DNA of 64,000 nt from an uncultured candidatus Porisulfidus sp. (lineage in GTDB: Bacteria; Pseudomonadota; Gammaproteobacteria; Poriferisulfidales; Poriferisulfidaceae), in assembly GCA_965116025.1 (NCBI GenBank), contig OZ220480.1, positions 512,001 through 576,000 on the forward strand. The letters run 5' to 3'. The notes below the pieces were generated by a model. It did no database searches. It saw only the letters and a list, made by a program, of their open reading frames with translations, and was not told where the DNA came from. Below, piece by piece: positions 10,705 to 21,187 of the stretch (position 1 is the first letter of the stretch; each line of letters starts with the position of its first letter). Both the position numbers and the translations under genes were made by a program.

Positions 10705-12720
10705 TTACTTGCGCAGGTCTTCCGAATCCCAGCCCGGACCCGGGGCGAATCTGGGCCCGTAGCGTCTCTCGAGCTCCTCCAGGCGCCGGCGGACCGCGTC
10801 CGCTCCTCTCTGGCGAACCAGCTGCAGCGGCCCCCCGGTGAAGGGCGCGAAGCCGGTTCCCAGAACCATTCCCGCGTCAATCCAGTCGGCGCGCTCCACC
10901 AGTCCCTCGCGCAGGCAACGCACCGCCTCGCGCGCCATGCTGAGAATCAGCCGGTCCGCGCAATCTGGTGGCGGGGTCCGCCCGCGCGACCGCCTCGCCT
11001 CTCCGTTCTTCCAGCGATAAAACCCGCGCCCGGTCTTGCGTCCCAGTCGTCCCGCCTCGACCTTCTCGATCAAGGTTTTCGGGATTTCCGCGCCGTGGGC
11101 CTCGGCGAGGACCGTCCCGGCCGCGAGACAGATATCGAGCCCCACCATGTCGGCCAGCCTCAGCGGGCCCATCGGCATACCGAACGCCACCGCCGCGCGG
11201 TCGATAGCTCCCGCCGGCAGTCCTTCTTCCCGAAGGCGGACCGCCTCCAGCAGATAGGGCATGAGCACCCGGTTGACCAGAAAGCCCGGCGAGGACCTCA
11301 CCACCAGAGGCGCCCTTCGAATCCGCCGGACGAACCCCGCGGCCCGCTCGATCAGGGCCCGCTGTCCGGGGTCGTGATAGATCACCTCCACCAGCGGCAT
11401 CTTGAGCACCGGGTTGAAGAAATGGACGCCGACCAGCCGAGCGGGATCGTCCAGAACCTCCGCGAGGCTCTCGAGGGGCAAGCTCGAGGTGTTGGTCGCG
11501 AGCAAGGCGTCCGCGCGCGTCCGCGACTGCAGCTGAAGGAACAGGTCTCGCTTGGCCTCGAGGTTCTCGGAAATCGCCTCGATCACGAGGTCCGCGGATC
11601 CCGCGCCATGTCCCTCCGGATCCGGAATCAGGCGGTCCATCGTGGCCTGGGCGTCTTCTGGACGGTGGGCGAGAGTTCGATGGGCGCGCCGAATGACCGG
11701 CGCGATTCTTTCCGGCTCCGTGTCCTGCAACGTCACGCGCAAGCCATTCAAGGCGCACCAGATGGCGATGTCGCCCCCCATCACGCCGCTTCCCACGACA
11801 TGCGCGTGGGCCATCTCCTCGCCGCCGGAGGCTTGGGCCTTGAGCTCTTGGCGAAGCAGGAACATCCGGGTCAGCTGGCGCGCCTGCGGCGACTCGAAGA
11901 GGCTCGCCACCGACCGCGCCTCGGCCTCCAGCGCCTCTTCGGGGTTCCGGCTGATATCCCGCCAGAACTCAAGCAGCTGGTGCGGCGCCGGGTAATGCTC
12001 TCTCGGCGCGGTCTTTTCCACTTGCCGGGCGCACGCCCACGCCACCGCGCGGCGCAGCGTCGGCGCGCGCGGCGCCCGCTCGCGCCATGGCGGACGGCGC
12101 GGCGCGCGGCGGCTCCGCAACATCTCCCGCGCCGTCGCGAGCAGCTGCCGCCGGGGCGCCACCGCGTCCACCAGCCCCAGCCTCAAGGCTCCAGCGGCCG
12201 ACACGGTCCGGCCCGTCACCATCATCCGCAACGCTTTCCAGTCCCCGATCAGGGCCGGCAGCCGCACGGACCCCCCATATCCCGGATGAATGCCCAACCT
12301 CACCTCGGGCAATCCAATTCGGCCTTGGCCCTCGCTCTCGGCGACCCGGTAGTCGCAGGCCAGCGCCAGTTCCAGCCCTCCACCCAAGCAATGCCCCCGA
12401 ATCGCGGCGACGGTCGGGCACTCCAGATTCGCCCAATCCTGGAACAGCCTCTGCCCACGGCGCAGCGTCTCCAGCGCCTGATCCCGATTTTCCAGTTTCG
12501 CGAACTCGGTCACGTCCGCGCCCATCGCGAACGCCCGCTCCGGATCCGAGCTGAGAACGATCCCCGGCGGAGCCCGGGAGCGCAGACGCTCCAGAACGTC
12601 CTCGAACTCGTCCAGAGCCGCGCCATGCAGAACGTTGACCGAGCGGTCGGCCACCGCCAGAAACAGCCGCAGGCCGCCGCCCTCGCCGGCGTCGAGTCGC
12701 CAATGGCGCCAGTCGCTCAT
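10705..12720 (-). CDS. fadJ: Fatty acid oxidation complex alpha subunit (enoyl-CoA hydratase/3-hydroxyacyl-CoA dehydrogenase, FadJ/FadB family)
   Basis: CLGGGLELALACDYR, GLPEVRLG, GSGVMGG, ATNTSSL, HFFNP, PMGP; start MSDWRHW at 12720. Confidence 0.88.
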   Translation of the reverse strand: MSDWRHWRLDAGEGGGLRLFLAVADRSVNVLHGAALDEFEDVLERLRSRAPPGIVLSSDPERAFAMGADVTEFAKLENRDQALETLRRGQRLFQDWANLECPTVAAIRGHCLGGGLELALACDYRVAESEGQGRIGLPEVRLGIHPGYGGSVRLPALIGDWKALRMMVTGRTVSAAGALRLGLVDAVAPRRQLLATAREMLRSRRAPRRPPWRERAPRAPTLRRAVAWACARQVEKTAPREHYPAPHQLLEFWRDISRNPEEALEAEARSVASLFESPQARQLTRMFLLRQELKAQASGGEEMAHAHVVGSGVMGGDIAIWCALNGLRVTLQDTEPERIAPVIRRAHRTLAHRPEDAQATMDRLIPDPEGHGAGSADLVIEAISENLEAKRDLFLQLQSRTRADALLATNTSSLPLESLAEVLDDPARLVGVHFFNPVLKMPLVEVIYHDPGQRALIERAAGFVRRIRRAPLVVRSSPGFLVNRVLMPYLLEAVRLREEGLPAGAIDRAAVAFGMPMGPLRLADMVGLDICLAAGTVLAEAHGAEIPKTLIEKVEAGRLGRKTGRGFYRWKNGEARRSRGRTPPPDCADRLILSMAREAVRCLREGLVERADWIDAGMVLGTGFAPFTGGPLQLVRQRGADAVRRRLEELERRYGPRFAPGPGWDSEDLRK

Positions 12721-14057
12721 GGCGCGCGCTCCAGCAACGCGGCACCGCCTTGCCCGCCGCCAACGCACAGGCTCGCGACCCCGAAACGCCCTTTCGTGCG
12801 CCGCAGCTGCTTGAGCGCGTGCAGCACGATCCGGGCTCCGGTCATTCCCACCGGATGGCCGATCGCCACCGCGCCCCCGTGCGGGTTGAGTCGTTCCTTG
12901 TCGATCGGCTCCAGGCAATCGTCTCGACCCAATTCCGAGCGCATGTACGCCTCATCCCGCCAAGCTTTCAGGCACGCCAGCACCTGCGCGGAAAACGCCT
13001 CGTTGATCTCGAAGCAGTCGACCTCCGCGACCGCGATTCCGGCGCGCTCGAACAGGTCCCGCATCGCGACCACCGGGCCCAGGCCCATCACCGTCGGATC
13101 CAGCGCCACCCAGCTGATATGGCGCAACGTTCCGAGAACCGGCAACCGATGCCGCTCGACCGCCGCCTCCGAGGCCAGCAGCAACGCGGCCGCGCCGTCG
13201 CTAATCTGGGCGCTGTTGCCCGCCGTCACCTTGCCGGTAGGAACGTCGAAGACCGGCCGTAGCCACGCGAGCCGTTCCAGGGAAGAATCGCGGCGCACCC
13301 CGGTGTCCCGATCGTAGACTTTCCCGCTCGCGTCGTACAGCGGCGCGATCTCATCCTCGAAAACTCCGGCGTCCTGCGCCCGCGCGGCGAGCTCGTGGCT
13401 CTCCAGCGCGAACGCGTCCATGGCGCGGCGGGAAACATGGAAGCGGTAGGCCAGCTCCTCCGCCGTCTGGCCCATGCTGAGGTTCACGACCGGATCGGTC
13501 AGGCCGCATTTCAGGGCGCTGACCAACCGCAGCATTCGAGGCCGGAGCCCCGCCAGCCGCCGCAGTCGGGCCCAGAGCCCTTTCGCGCGGGCGAAACCTC
13601 CCAGCCAGGCCACGGCGTCCGGTCCCAGCAGAACCGGAGCCCGGCTCATCGCCTCGACTCCGCCCGCGAGAACCAGATCCGCGTCGCCCCGCGCGACGCT
13701 CCGCGCGGCCGCGTCCAGCGCCTGCATGCCGGAAGCGCAGTTGCGCTGCACCGTATGCGCGGGAACATGATGGCCCAACCCAAGACGGAGACCGATGACG
13801 CGGGCGATGTTGGCCTCGGACTCGCCAGGCATCACGCAACCCCAGACCCCTTCCTGGATATGTTCCCGGACCCGCGGATAGCGAAGCAGAAGGTCCCGGG
13901 CGCAGGCCACCGCCAAATCGCTCGCGGAGAATGGGCCCGGAGAGCCGGACGCCTTCAGGATCGGCGTGCGCCGGCCGTCGACGACATAAACCGGCCGCTC
14001 ATAGCTCGGCCGCGTCGTCTCGCCGGGCCGGCCACCGGAAAGTTCCGCGGCGCTCAC
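12717..14057 (-). CDS. fadI: Acetyl-CoA C-acyltransferase (3-ketoacyl-CoA thiolase, FadI/FadA family)
   Basis: TVQRNCASG, EINEAF, GHPVGMTG, CVGGGQG thiolase motifs; GTG start overlapping the fadE stop. Confidence 0.88.
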   Translation of the reverse strand: MSAAELSGGRPGETTRPSYERPVYVVDGRRTPILKASGSPGPFSASDLAVACARDLLLRYPRVREHIQEGVWGCVMPGESEANIARVIGLRLGLGHHVPAHTVQRNCASGMQALDAAARSVARGDADLVLAGGVEAMSRAPVLLGPDAVAWLGGFARAKGLWARLRRLAGLRPRMLRLVSALKCGLTDPVVNLSMGQTAEELAYRFHVSRRAMDAFALESHELAARAQDAGVFEDEIAPLYDASGKVYDRDTGVRRDSSLERLAWLRPVFDVPTGKVTAGNSAQISDGAAALLLASEAAVERHRLPVLGTLRHISWVALDPTVMGLGPVVAMRDLFERAGIAVAEVDCFEINEAFSAQVLACLKAWRDEAYMRSELGRDDCLEPIDKERLNPHGGAVAIGHPVGMTGARIVLHALKQLRRTKGRFGVASLCVGGGQGGAALLERAP

Positions 14058-16543
14058 CGTTCCGCTCGATCCATCGGGCCGCTCGGCAGGATGGGCGCGC
14101 CACGCGCCCAAGCGTCGCTCGCGAAAGCGTCGACCGCGATGATCTCGTCGACCCGGCGATCAGCCGCGCGCAGCGATTCCACCTGTTTCGGGGTCAGAAC
14201 CCCGACCTCGACCGCCCGCTCCAGATCGACGCCGCTCTCGTCCGCGGCGACCTCGCCTTCCCGAACCGCGCGGCGCAAGGCGCGCCGAACCGGCTCCAAC
14301 TCCACCGCCTCGACCAGCCCCCGCTCCAGCCGAACCGCGGGATCGTCAGGGTCTTGGCCCAAATAGATTCCGGCGCGCAATCGGTCTCGCGGCTCCCCCG
14401 GGGCCGTGATCAAGCGGGCCACGGCGCGGTCCTCCCGATCCAGCCGGGACCGCCCCAGCCGTCCCAACGGCGTGGTGGCGACGCGCATCGCGACGCGCAA
14501 CCAGCGATCGTCCAGATTCCGGATCAGTCCGTCCAGAGCCGCCAGGAAATCTCGTCGGCACTCCAGGAGAGCCCAGTCGCGCAAGGGGATTTCCTCCGCG
14601 CGGGCGCCGTCCGCCTGGAACCGCCGGATCACGCAGACCGCCAAATACTGGGCGGAGAGCATGTCCGCCAAACGCGCCGAGAGCCGCTCGCGGCGCTTGA
14701 GCGACCCTCCGTAGCGCGCCAGCGACGCGTCGACCACCCAAGCGAAGCAGGCGCTCTGCCAAGCCAAGGCGCGGTACGGCTCCGGCGGCATGCCGGGCAA
14801 GGGATAGCGCCCGCCGCTGACGCCCAGCGCGAACGCGCGGGCGAGGTTGCGGAAGGTCGTCCCCGCATGCTGGCGCAGGGTCCGCTCGAACCGCTCCAGC
14901 GCCTCGTTCCCCTCGTCCATCCCCAGGCATTCCATCTCCCGTAGCAGGTAGGGATGGCAGCGCACCAGGCCCTGCCCGAAAATGATCATGTTGCGGGTCA
15001 GCAGGTTGGCGCCTTCCACCGTGATCGCGATCGGCACGGCCTGATACAGGCGGGCCATCTGGTTGCGCGGTCCCATGCAGATCCCCGCGCCGGCGGTGAT
15101 GTCCATGGCGCCGTTCACGACCCGGCGCATGCGCTCGGTCAGCTGTTGCTTGGCGATCGCCGAGGCCACCGAGGAGCACTCCTCGCGGTCTTCCTGTCGC
15201 GCGATCTCGACGCGCGTGGCGTCCATCAGGTACGCGTTCCCGCCGATCTCGGCGAGGACCTCCTCGACCCCCTCGAAGCGAGCGATCGGCAACGAGAACT
15301 GCCGCCGCACCGCGGCGTAGGCTCCGGCGTGGCGGGTCGCCAGCTTGCCGGCCGCCACCGCCAAGGCGGGAAGCGAGATCCCGCGCCCCTCGCCCAGGCA
15401 CTCCATCAGCATCTGCCAGCCGCGCCCCACGCCCGCCCGTCCGCCGATCACCTGGTCCATGGGGACGCGCACGTCGCGCCCGAGAATCGGGCCGTTCATG
15501 AACGGGACCTGCAGGGGCATATGCCGCCGTCCGATCTCGACGCCGGGCGCGTCCGCCGGGATCAGCGCCAGCGTGATCCCCAAATCCCGCTCGCCGCCCA
15601 AAAGACCGTCCGGATCGTGCAGGCGGAACGCCAGACCGATCAGGGTCGCCACCGGCGCCAGGGTGATGTAGCGTTTTTCCCAATTGACGCGAATCCCCAG
15701 CACGCTCTCGCCGTCCTCTTCCCATTGGCAGACCACGCCCGCGTCCGGCAGAGCGGCCGCGTCGGATCCGGCATGCGGGCCGGTCAGGCCGAAGCAGGGA
15801 GTCTCGTCTCCGCGCGCGAGCCTAGGCAGATAGCGATCTTTTTGCTCCCGCGTGCCGTAGCGCAGCAGCAGCTTGCCCGGTCCAAGCGAGTTCGGCACCA
15901 TGACCGTGACCGCGGCGGCGACGCTGCGGCTGGCGATCTTCATGACCGCCTCGGAGTGGGCGAGCGCGGAAAACCCCAGACCGCCGTACCGTTCCGGCAA
16001 GACCATGCCGAAGAATCTCTCCTCCCGGATCATCCGCCAGACTTCCGGCGGGAGGTCATGGTCGGAGGTGGTGACGCGCCAATCGTCCAGAGACGCGCAC
16101 AGGCGCTCGACCGGGCCGTCCAGAAACTCTCGCTCCGCCTCGGTGAGCTCCGCGGGCTGACCGGGCAGAATCTCGCTCCAGTCAGGCGCCCCGGCGAACA
16201 GCGCCTCCTCCCAGCCCGCGACGCCCGCCTGCAGCGCCTCGCGCTCGGTGTCGGACAGGGGCGGCAAAGCCGCGCGCAGGCGGCGCCATGCGGGCCGGAT
16301 GACGAGGGCTCGCCGCCAGCCCGGGTGAAACCCGATCAGCAACGGAGCCCCCCAGGCCGCGACGACCAGAAACGCCAACCAAAACGGTGGCGCGAACGTC
16401 AGCGCCCACAGCAACAGCGCCAGCCCCGCCGCGGCCACCCAAAGCCGAAAGCCGCGGGCGTGGACCGTGATCAACGTCCAGCCCAGCAGCAACGCCCCGA
16501 GCCCGGCCAGCTGGCAAAGGAACGCGCCCACGAAATCAGCCAT
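14054..16543 (-). CDS. fadE: Acyl-CoA dehydrogenase (FadE type)
   Basis: N-terminal TM segments, VMVPNSLGP, FGLTGPHAGSDA, WEKRYITLAP, ITVEGANLLTR. Confidence 0.93.
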   Translation of the reverse strand: MADFVGAFLCQLAGLGALLLGWTLITVHARGFRLWVAAAGLALLLWALTFAPPFWLAFLVVAAWGAPLLIGFHPGWRRALVIRPAWRRLRAALPPLSDTEREALQAGVAGWEEALFAGAPDWSEILPGQPAELTEAEREFLDGPVERLCASLDDWRVTTSDHDLPPEVWRMIREERFFGMVLPERYGGLGFSALAHSEAVMKIASRSVAAAVTVMVPNSLGPGKLLLRYGTREQKDRYLPRLARGDETPCFGLTGPHAGSDAAALPDAGVVCQWEEDGESVLGIRVNWEKRYITLAPVATLIGLAFRLHDPDGLLGGERDLGITLALIPADAPGVEIGRRHMPLQVPFMNGPILGRDVRVPMDQVIGGRAGVGRGWQMLMECLGEGRGISLPALAVAAGKLATRHAGAYAAVRRQFSLPIARFEGVEEVLAEIGGNAYLMDATRVEIARQEDREECSSVASAIAKQQLTERMRRVVNGAMDITAGAGICMGPRNQMARLYQAVPIAITVEGANLLTRNMIIFGQGLVRCHPYLLREMECLGMDEGNEALERFERTLRQHAGTTFRNLARAFALGVSGGRYPLPGMPPEPYRALAWQSACFAWVVDASLARYGGSLKRRERLSARLADMLSAQYLAVCVIRRFQADGARAEEIPLRDWALLECRRDFLAALDGLIRNLDDRWLRVAMRVATTPLGRLGRSRLDREDRAVARLITAPGEPRDRLRAGIYLGQDPDDPAVRLERGLVEAVELEPVRRALRRAVREGEVAADESGVDLERAVEVGVLTPKQVESLRAADRRVDEIIAVDAFASDAWARGAPILPSGPMDRAER

Positions 16544-17535
16544 CAGCCCGTCCCCTTCCCGCCGTCGGGGTCCGGTCCGTCCAGCTTGACGTGCATGATG
16601 ACGCAGTCGTCCAGGCTGTCCCGCGCCTCCTCGGCCAGTCCCTCTTCCGACCACGGCAGCTTCCGGTAGAACCCGATGTCGTCCTCGCCCAGCAGCGGAT
16701 ACTTAATGATGGAGAAGTATGGAGAATGGTCGAAGTCGCGCGGCGTGATCAGGCGAGGATTGCGCTGCAGCATGCGGAACCGCCCCCCATCCTGCACGAT
16801 TAGCGGAACCACGGGAAAGCGGACCCGGGCGAACGCCCTGGCGATCATCGTCGAGCAGATCAAACGGGTCGGGTCCTGATGGTTGCGCTCGAACAGCGAC
16901 GACCGCCAGCGGCGCGGGACCACCGTCCACCAAGGAACCAGAAAGCGCGCGAGGTCCAGGATCTGCCGGACGTTGTAGTCGGCGCCCAGGTGCAGCAACG
17001 CGTAGGTCGAGACCCGGCGAGCGTCCTGGTAGCTCAGCCTCCGCGGCCGACACAGGCGAAGATGATGGTCGCGGTAGCGAAGGATCGAGGAAACGACGGT
17101 GCCACGGCCAAGCTCGGACTCCACGATCAGCGGGGCGTCCAGCTCATCGTCCCGAAGGTAGCCGCGCGCGATCGAGCGCAGCGCCGGGTCCCGCACCTTG
17201 TCCAAGGGGCCGATGACCAGCGCCGAATGCGTCCACACGCTGCTCGTGATACCGCGCACCGCGCTCGCGATCCGCGTGCGTCCCTCGACCAGCAGCACGT
17301 CGCCCATGCGCGCCTCGGCCAGCAAGCGCTCGAAATTGATCGGCGATTTCACGTCCTCCCGCTGCCTCTCGGCCACCAGCCAGAAGGTGGCCTGGCGCTC
17401 CAGCCAGTCGACCGCTCGCCGCCAGCGTTCCGGCGCGCGGCGCGCGTGATCGAGAAGCCACCGCGCGGCGCGGTCCACGGCGCGACGCAGACCCGCCGAA
17501 TCCGGGAAGCGCGGCGAAAGGGAACTCAGAGGCAT
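16543..17535 (-). CDS. Permuted papain-like NlpC/P60 (YiiX/YaeF-like) hydrolase
   Basis: GDVLLVEG, SVWTHSAL (His), ICSTMIA (Cys), LITPRDFD; coupled to fadE. Confidence 0.75.
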   Translation of the reverse strand: MPLSSLSPRFPDSAGLRRAVDRAARWLLDHARRAPERWRRAVDWLERQATFWLVAERQREDVKSPINFERLLAEARMGDVLLVEGRTRIASAVRGITSSVWTHSALVIGPLDKVRDPALRSIARGYLRDDELDAPLIVESELGRGTVVSSILRYRDHHLRLCRPRRLSYQDARRVSTYALLHLGADYNVRQILDLARFLVPWWTVVPRRWRSSLFERNHQDPTRLICSTMIARAFARVRFPVVPLIVQDGGRFRMLQRNPRLITPRDFDHSPYFSIIKYPLLGEDDIGFYRKLPWSEEGLAEEARDSLDDCVIMHVKLDGPDPDGGKGTG

Positions 17536-17837
17536 GGTCTCGATCTTGGCGAAATTCGGGCGGCTCGCTCGCTCAGGCGGGGAACGTCTGGCGCGAGAGA
17601 ATCTTCATCTTCGGATTGTACAGCCTGCCCCCCGACGGAAAGGCATGAAAACGTGATTTGGGCGAGCGGACGAGGCGATAACCTGTGCCGCCCGCGACGC
17701 GAAAACCTGCCTGATCCAAAACCGCCCGTGCATGCTTCATGGGCGCGGGCGCTTCCCTCCCGTTCCCGCATCGAAGCGGACGCGCGACCCCGCTCCGCCT
17801 TCGGACCGACCTCTTGCGGAAACCGGACTCTTTCGCC

Positions 17838-18422
17838 TTACGCGAAGACGATCCAGGTGGTCGCCAGATACTTGACCCCCCGCCGCAAGGTGACGCCCCG
17901 GTGCTGGTGGGTCCAGAATGGCGGAAACAGCACCAGCCGGCCCGCGGCGGGCCGGATCTTCACGCCCTGGTGAAGAAACTCGGTCTCGCCGCCCGGCCCC
18001 TCAACGTCGTTGAGATACCAGATCGCCACTAGTTGCCGATCCGCCAGGGCCGCGCTGTCCGCGTCCACATGCCAATGGTAGTACCCGCCCTCGTCGGTGC
18101 GCTGCACCGCGTACCCCTGGTCCTTGAACCGCCCGCGGAAATACGGATACCGACTCCGCAGATCCCGCAACGCCGCGGACAGCGACGAGAACAGCCAGCC
18201 GTCGACGTCCCGCCATTCCGGCCCCGCCAGCGTCAAGTCGGTCGAGCGCTTGAGCTCGAGCCGCTCGACCGCGTCCGCGCCCGCGCGCCCGCGCGCCTTT
18301 CCGGGGTGCGCCTCGAAGCGCTCGATGAGGGTCTGGCACCGCTCGAGCGCGAGAGCGCCGTCCCGCTGCCAGATGAAACTGCCAGGGAGAACCTCGCGCG
18401 ACCCGGACGAGGGCGCGCTCAC
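17838..18422 (-). CDS. 2OG-Fe(II) oxygenase (prolyl-hydroxylase-like)
   Basis: YHWHVD (HxD), WYLND..GGET.F, FPPFWTHQHRG, KY..TTW; GTGA overlap with the upstream gene. Confidence 0.88.
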   Translation of the reverse strand: MSAPSSGSREVLPGSFIWQRDGALALERCQTLIERFEAHPGKARGRAGADAVERLELKRSTDLTLAGPEWRDVDGWLFSSLSAALRDLRSRYPYFRGRFKDQGYAVQRTDEGGYYHWHVDADSAALADRQLVAIWYLNDVEGPGGETEFLHQGVKIRPAAGRLVLFPPFWTHQHRGVTLRRGVKYLATTWIVFA

Positions 18423-19456
18423 AACGCCGCCTCTTCCAGCAAGCCCACCAATTTCCGCTCTGGACTCCGGCTCCGGCTTCCCGCGCGCAGCAACCGCTTC
18501 GCCACCTTCTCCCAGTGGGCGCGGCCCCGGTCGATCATCCTTCGCAAGGCGCCGTCGTCGCGCTCGTCCCGCCAGCGATCCAGCGCCTTCACCAATTCCG
18601 GAAACAACTGTCCGCGCAGAGCCGTCAGGCTGGCTCGATAGAACAGCAAAGCGGCGCGGTCGCCGTCCGCCAGCAAGGCCGGCAGAGTCACCTGGCAATC
18701 GGCCCAGTGGTCGCGCGCCGCGCGCAGGCCAAGTTCCGCTCTCCCGCGAGGCAAGCCGTGCAGCAACTCGCGCCAGCCATCTCCCAGCTCGCGCCCCACC
18801 TCGATCTCGCCGATCTCGTGCAGGATCAGGGTCCGCGACTCGCGCTCCGTCATCGCGTCGAGCGCCGATTCCATATCCTCGTCGAAAGGATAGCAGCGCA
18901 AGGCTTCGCCCAAGGCGTTTCGCCTTCGGCTCCAGCGCCATTCCTGAAGACGCTCCCACAGCATGCGCCTCAGGGACTCGCGGCGCACGAAAATGGTCTG
19001 GCCCAGCGTCATCGCCGGCGGCGCGGCCAAGTCCCGCGCGCATTCCTCTCGAGCCTGGTAAATCCGACATCCCGCCCGACCGCCCTCGCCCAGCAGGCGG
19101 CCCAAGAAAAAATGCGGGGCCTTGTTCACGCCCAACCCCGCGCTGTAGACGTACCCTTCCGGCAACAGCGCCCGGTTGATCCCCTCGGCGTCGAACGGGT
19201 CGTACTCCCGTCCCTGGATCGGCACCGGGCGATAGGGCTCCTCGCCCAACTTCTCCCAACGCTCCTCCCGCTCCTGGATCCAGCGCCCCACCGCCTCGTT
19301 CGGCAGGGTCGCCGTGAAGTCCAGCCCCATCTCCCAGCGAAAGTACTCGCGCATCTTCAGCAGATACACGCACATGGTCAGGGCGCCCGCGTGGCGGGCG
19401 TCGGCGATGTCGCAGTTGATCTGGACTCGCTCACACAGAGGCTGAATCGGCGTCAT
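18419..19456 (-). CDS. Sfum_1244-family protein, likely DsrS-like
   Basis: VQINCDIADARHAG..CVYLLKMREYFRWE, DPFD..IN, YSAG, PHFFL, LILHEIGE, RAARDHWADC match my recollection of this family. Confidence 0.7.
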   Translation of the reverse strand: MTPIQPLCERVQINCDIADARHAGALTMCVYLLKMREYFRWEMGLDFTATLPNEAVGRWIQEREERWEKLGEEPYRPVPIQGREYDPFDAEGINRALLPEGYVYSAGLGVNKAPHFFLGRLLGEGGRAGCRIYQAREECARDLAAPPAMTLGQTIFVRRESLRRMLWERLQEWRWSRRRNALGEALRCYPFDEDMESALDAMTERESRTLILHEIGEIEVGRELGDGWRELLHGLPRGRAELGLRAARDHWADCQVTLPALLADGDRAALLFYRASLTALRGQLFPELVKALDRWRDERDDGALRRMIDRGRAHWEKVAKRLLRAGSRSRSPERKLVGLLEEAAL

Positions 19457-19562
19457 TTCCAGTCACGACGGGAGAAAGAGAGCGCTTCCGGCCCTCCTAT
19501 CGTGGCGAAAATCGCGCGGTCGTCAAGGCGCGCCGTGTTAGCATCACCGCCCAAACGCCGCC

Positions 19563-20123
19563 ATGCCGCGCCTCTCCCAGCATTGGAACCAACGCGAAAC
19601 GCCGCGCGACGCGGGCCAGACCGCCAGCGCCCTGTCCGTCAATATCTGGAAGATCTCGAGCGCGGCCCTGCTCGCGCTCGAGAACGAGGGATTCGAGACT
19701 TCCGGCTGGTCGCGGCGGCTGGACGTGATCGGCCACTTCGCTATCTTTGGCGCGCATCTGGTCGACCGCGAGGCGAGCGCGCGCCTGCCGGATGAGGAGC
19801 GGGCCCGGCTTATTCCCTCGCTCGCCAAGCACTTGGCGGCGCTGATGCAGGACAATCGCCAGGAGTGCGGCGACCCGGGAGAGCACGCGCGGCGCTTCCT
19901 CGACCAGTTCAACGAGCGATCCGATCTCTACTCTGGCTGCCAATGGTCCGAGGAGACGGGACCGGGCTTCGCGATGCGCCGGGCGCTCGGCGACGCGGTG
20001 GCCGACAGCATGGAGAAGAAAGACCGGGAATGGATCGCCACCTACGTCATCGACCGCGAGGCGCCCAAGCTCGCGACCTCGTTGCGGCGGACTCTGCGGA
20101 GTCTGGTTCGAGGGAAGAGGTAG
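19563..20123 (+). CDS. Conserved hypothetical protein
   Basis: Host-like codon usage; HLVDR, QDN, GPGF..RRALG and W...VID.EAP motifs. Confidence 0.7.
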   Translation: MPRLSQHWNQRETPRDAGQTASALSVNIWKISSAALLALENEGFETSGWSRRLDVIGHFAIFGAHLVDREASARLPDEERARLIPSLAKHLAALMQDNRQECGDPGEHARRFLDQFNERSDLYSGCQWSEETGPGFAMRRALGDAVADSMEKKDREWIATYVIDREAPKLATSLRRTLRSLVRGKR

Positions 20124-20170
20124 GCGTCTCGCTCGAATTTTCGAGCCGCCAGAGATAACATCCGGGAACC

Positions 20171-21187
20171 ATGAACGCCGAAGACACGATCCAGGCGAGG
20201 GCCACCGCGAACAAGTGGATTTCCGACCACTTCCCAACGCACAGAAAGCACATCACCCAAGTCTCGCCAGCATACAGCGAGTCGGAAAAAGTTTGGCTGA
20301 TCGGGTTGGCGGCCCGGGATCTGGATGGCGTTCCGACCATGCTGGGCTCCTTGCTGATCGATGATCGGTGGGCGGTGATCGAGGCGCGAGACCCGGAGAA
20401 GGTTTCCGCGGATCTTTCGCGGATTTTGGAAACTCGGGAAAAGACCGGGATCGTCGCCGGCGACCAACTCGACGGAACCGGCTATCAGTTCGTCCAAGGC
20501 GATGGAATCGAGGGGGCTGCCAAACTGAAGGACCAATCCGTCGACCTTCTGCTGACGGATCCACCTTATGGAATCAGCAACCCATACGCATGCGAGACGC
20601 AAATCCCGCGCAGGCTACGGAAGAATGGCGCGGACTTCATCATGCCGAGAGGGTGCTTCGGGAGTTGGGACTACGATTTCCGGCCCGAGGAATGGACCGG
20701 TATCGTCTTGCCGAAAGTGAAGGGGTGGGCGATCATCTTCTGCGCGCAAGCGCGGATAGGCGAGTATTCCGACATTCTGGAGCGACACGGCTTCGTCGCC
20801 GTGGGAACCATGGTTTGGCGGAAAACGAACCCTGTCCCGTTCAATCATAGATTCAAGCCCATCAACGCCTGGGAAGCGCTGGTGATCGGGAAGCGGCCCG
20901 GAACGAGATTTCACGGTCGCGTGGTGCACAACGTTTTCACCTGCAAGTCTCCCTCGCCACAAGAGAGGATTCACCCGACGCAAAAACCCCTGCAGCTGAT
21001 CAAGAGGTTCCTGACCTTGTTCAGCGACGAGGGAGACCTCGTGCTCGATCCGTTCGCCGGTAGCGCGACGACGGTGCTCGCGGCGGCGAGCATGGGCAGG
21101 AAAATCATCGCCTATGAGAAAGACGCGGAATTCTACAATCTCGCCTGCAGTCGCGTGCGAAAAGAGTTTGGGAAGAGTGCGCCATAA
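20171..21187 (+). CDS. Site-specific DNA methyltransferase (N4-C/N6-A, beta class) with N-terminal extension
   Basis: TDPPY before HPTQKP and LDPFAGS; lower GC than flanks. Confidence 0.9.
   Translation: MNAEDTIQARATANKWISDHFPTHRKHITQVSPAYSESEKVWLIGLAARDLDGVPTMLGSLLIDDRWAVIEARDPEKVSADLSRILETREKTGIVAGDQLDGTGYQFVQGDGIEGAAKLKDQSVDLLLTDPPYGISNPYACETQIPRRLRKNGADFIMPRGCFGSWDYDFRPEEWTGIVLPKVKGWAIIFCAQARIGEYSDILERHGFVAVGTMVWRKTNPVPFNHRFKPINAWEALVIGKRPGTRFHGRVVHNVFTCKSPSPQERIHPTQKPLQLIKRFLTLFSDEGDLVLDPFAGSATTVLAAASMGRKIIAYEKDAEFYNLACSRVRKEFGKSAP

Noticed and set aside
10099-13317. 1072-aa + strand ORF and similar long overlapping ORFs (e.g. 14954-16669, 27299-29329, 37064-38731)
   Set aside because: Antisense or frame shadows of well-supported genes, expected in high-GC DNA.
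17838-19373. 511-aa ORF as a long oxygenase fusion
   Set aside because: The N-terminal part overlaps the Sfum_1244-family gene out of frame; the real start is GTG 18422.
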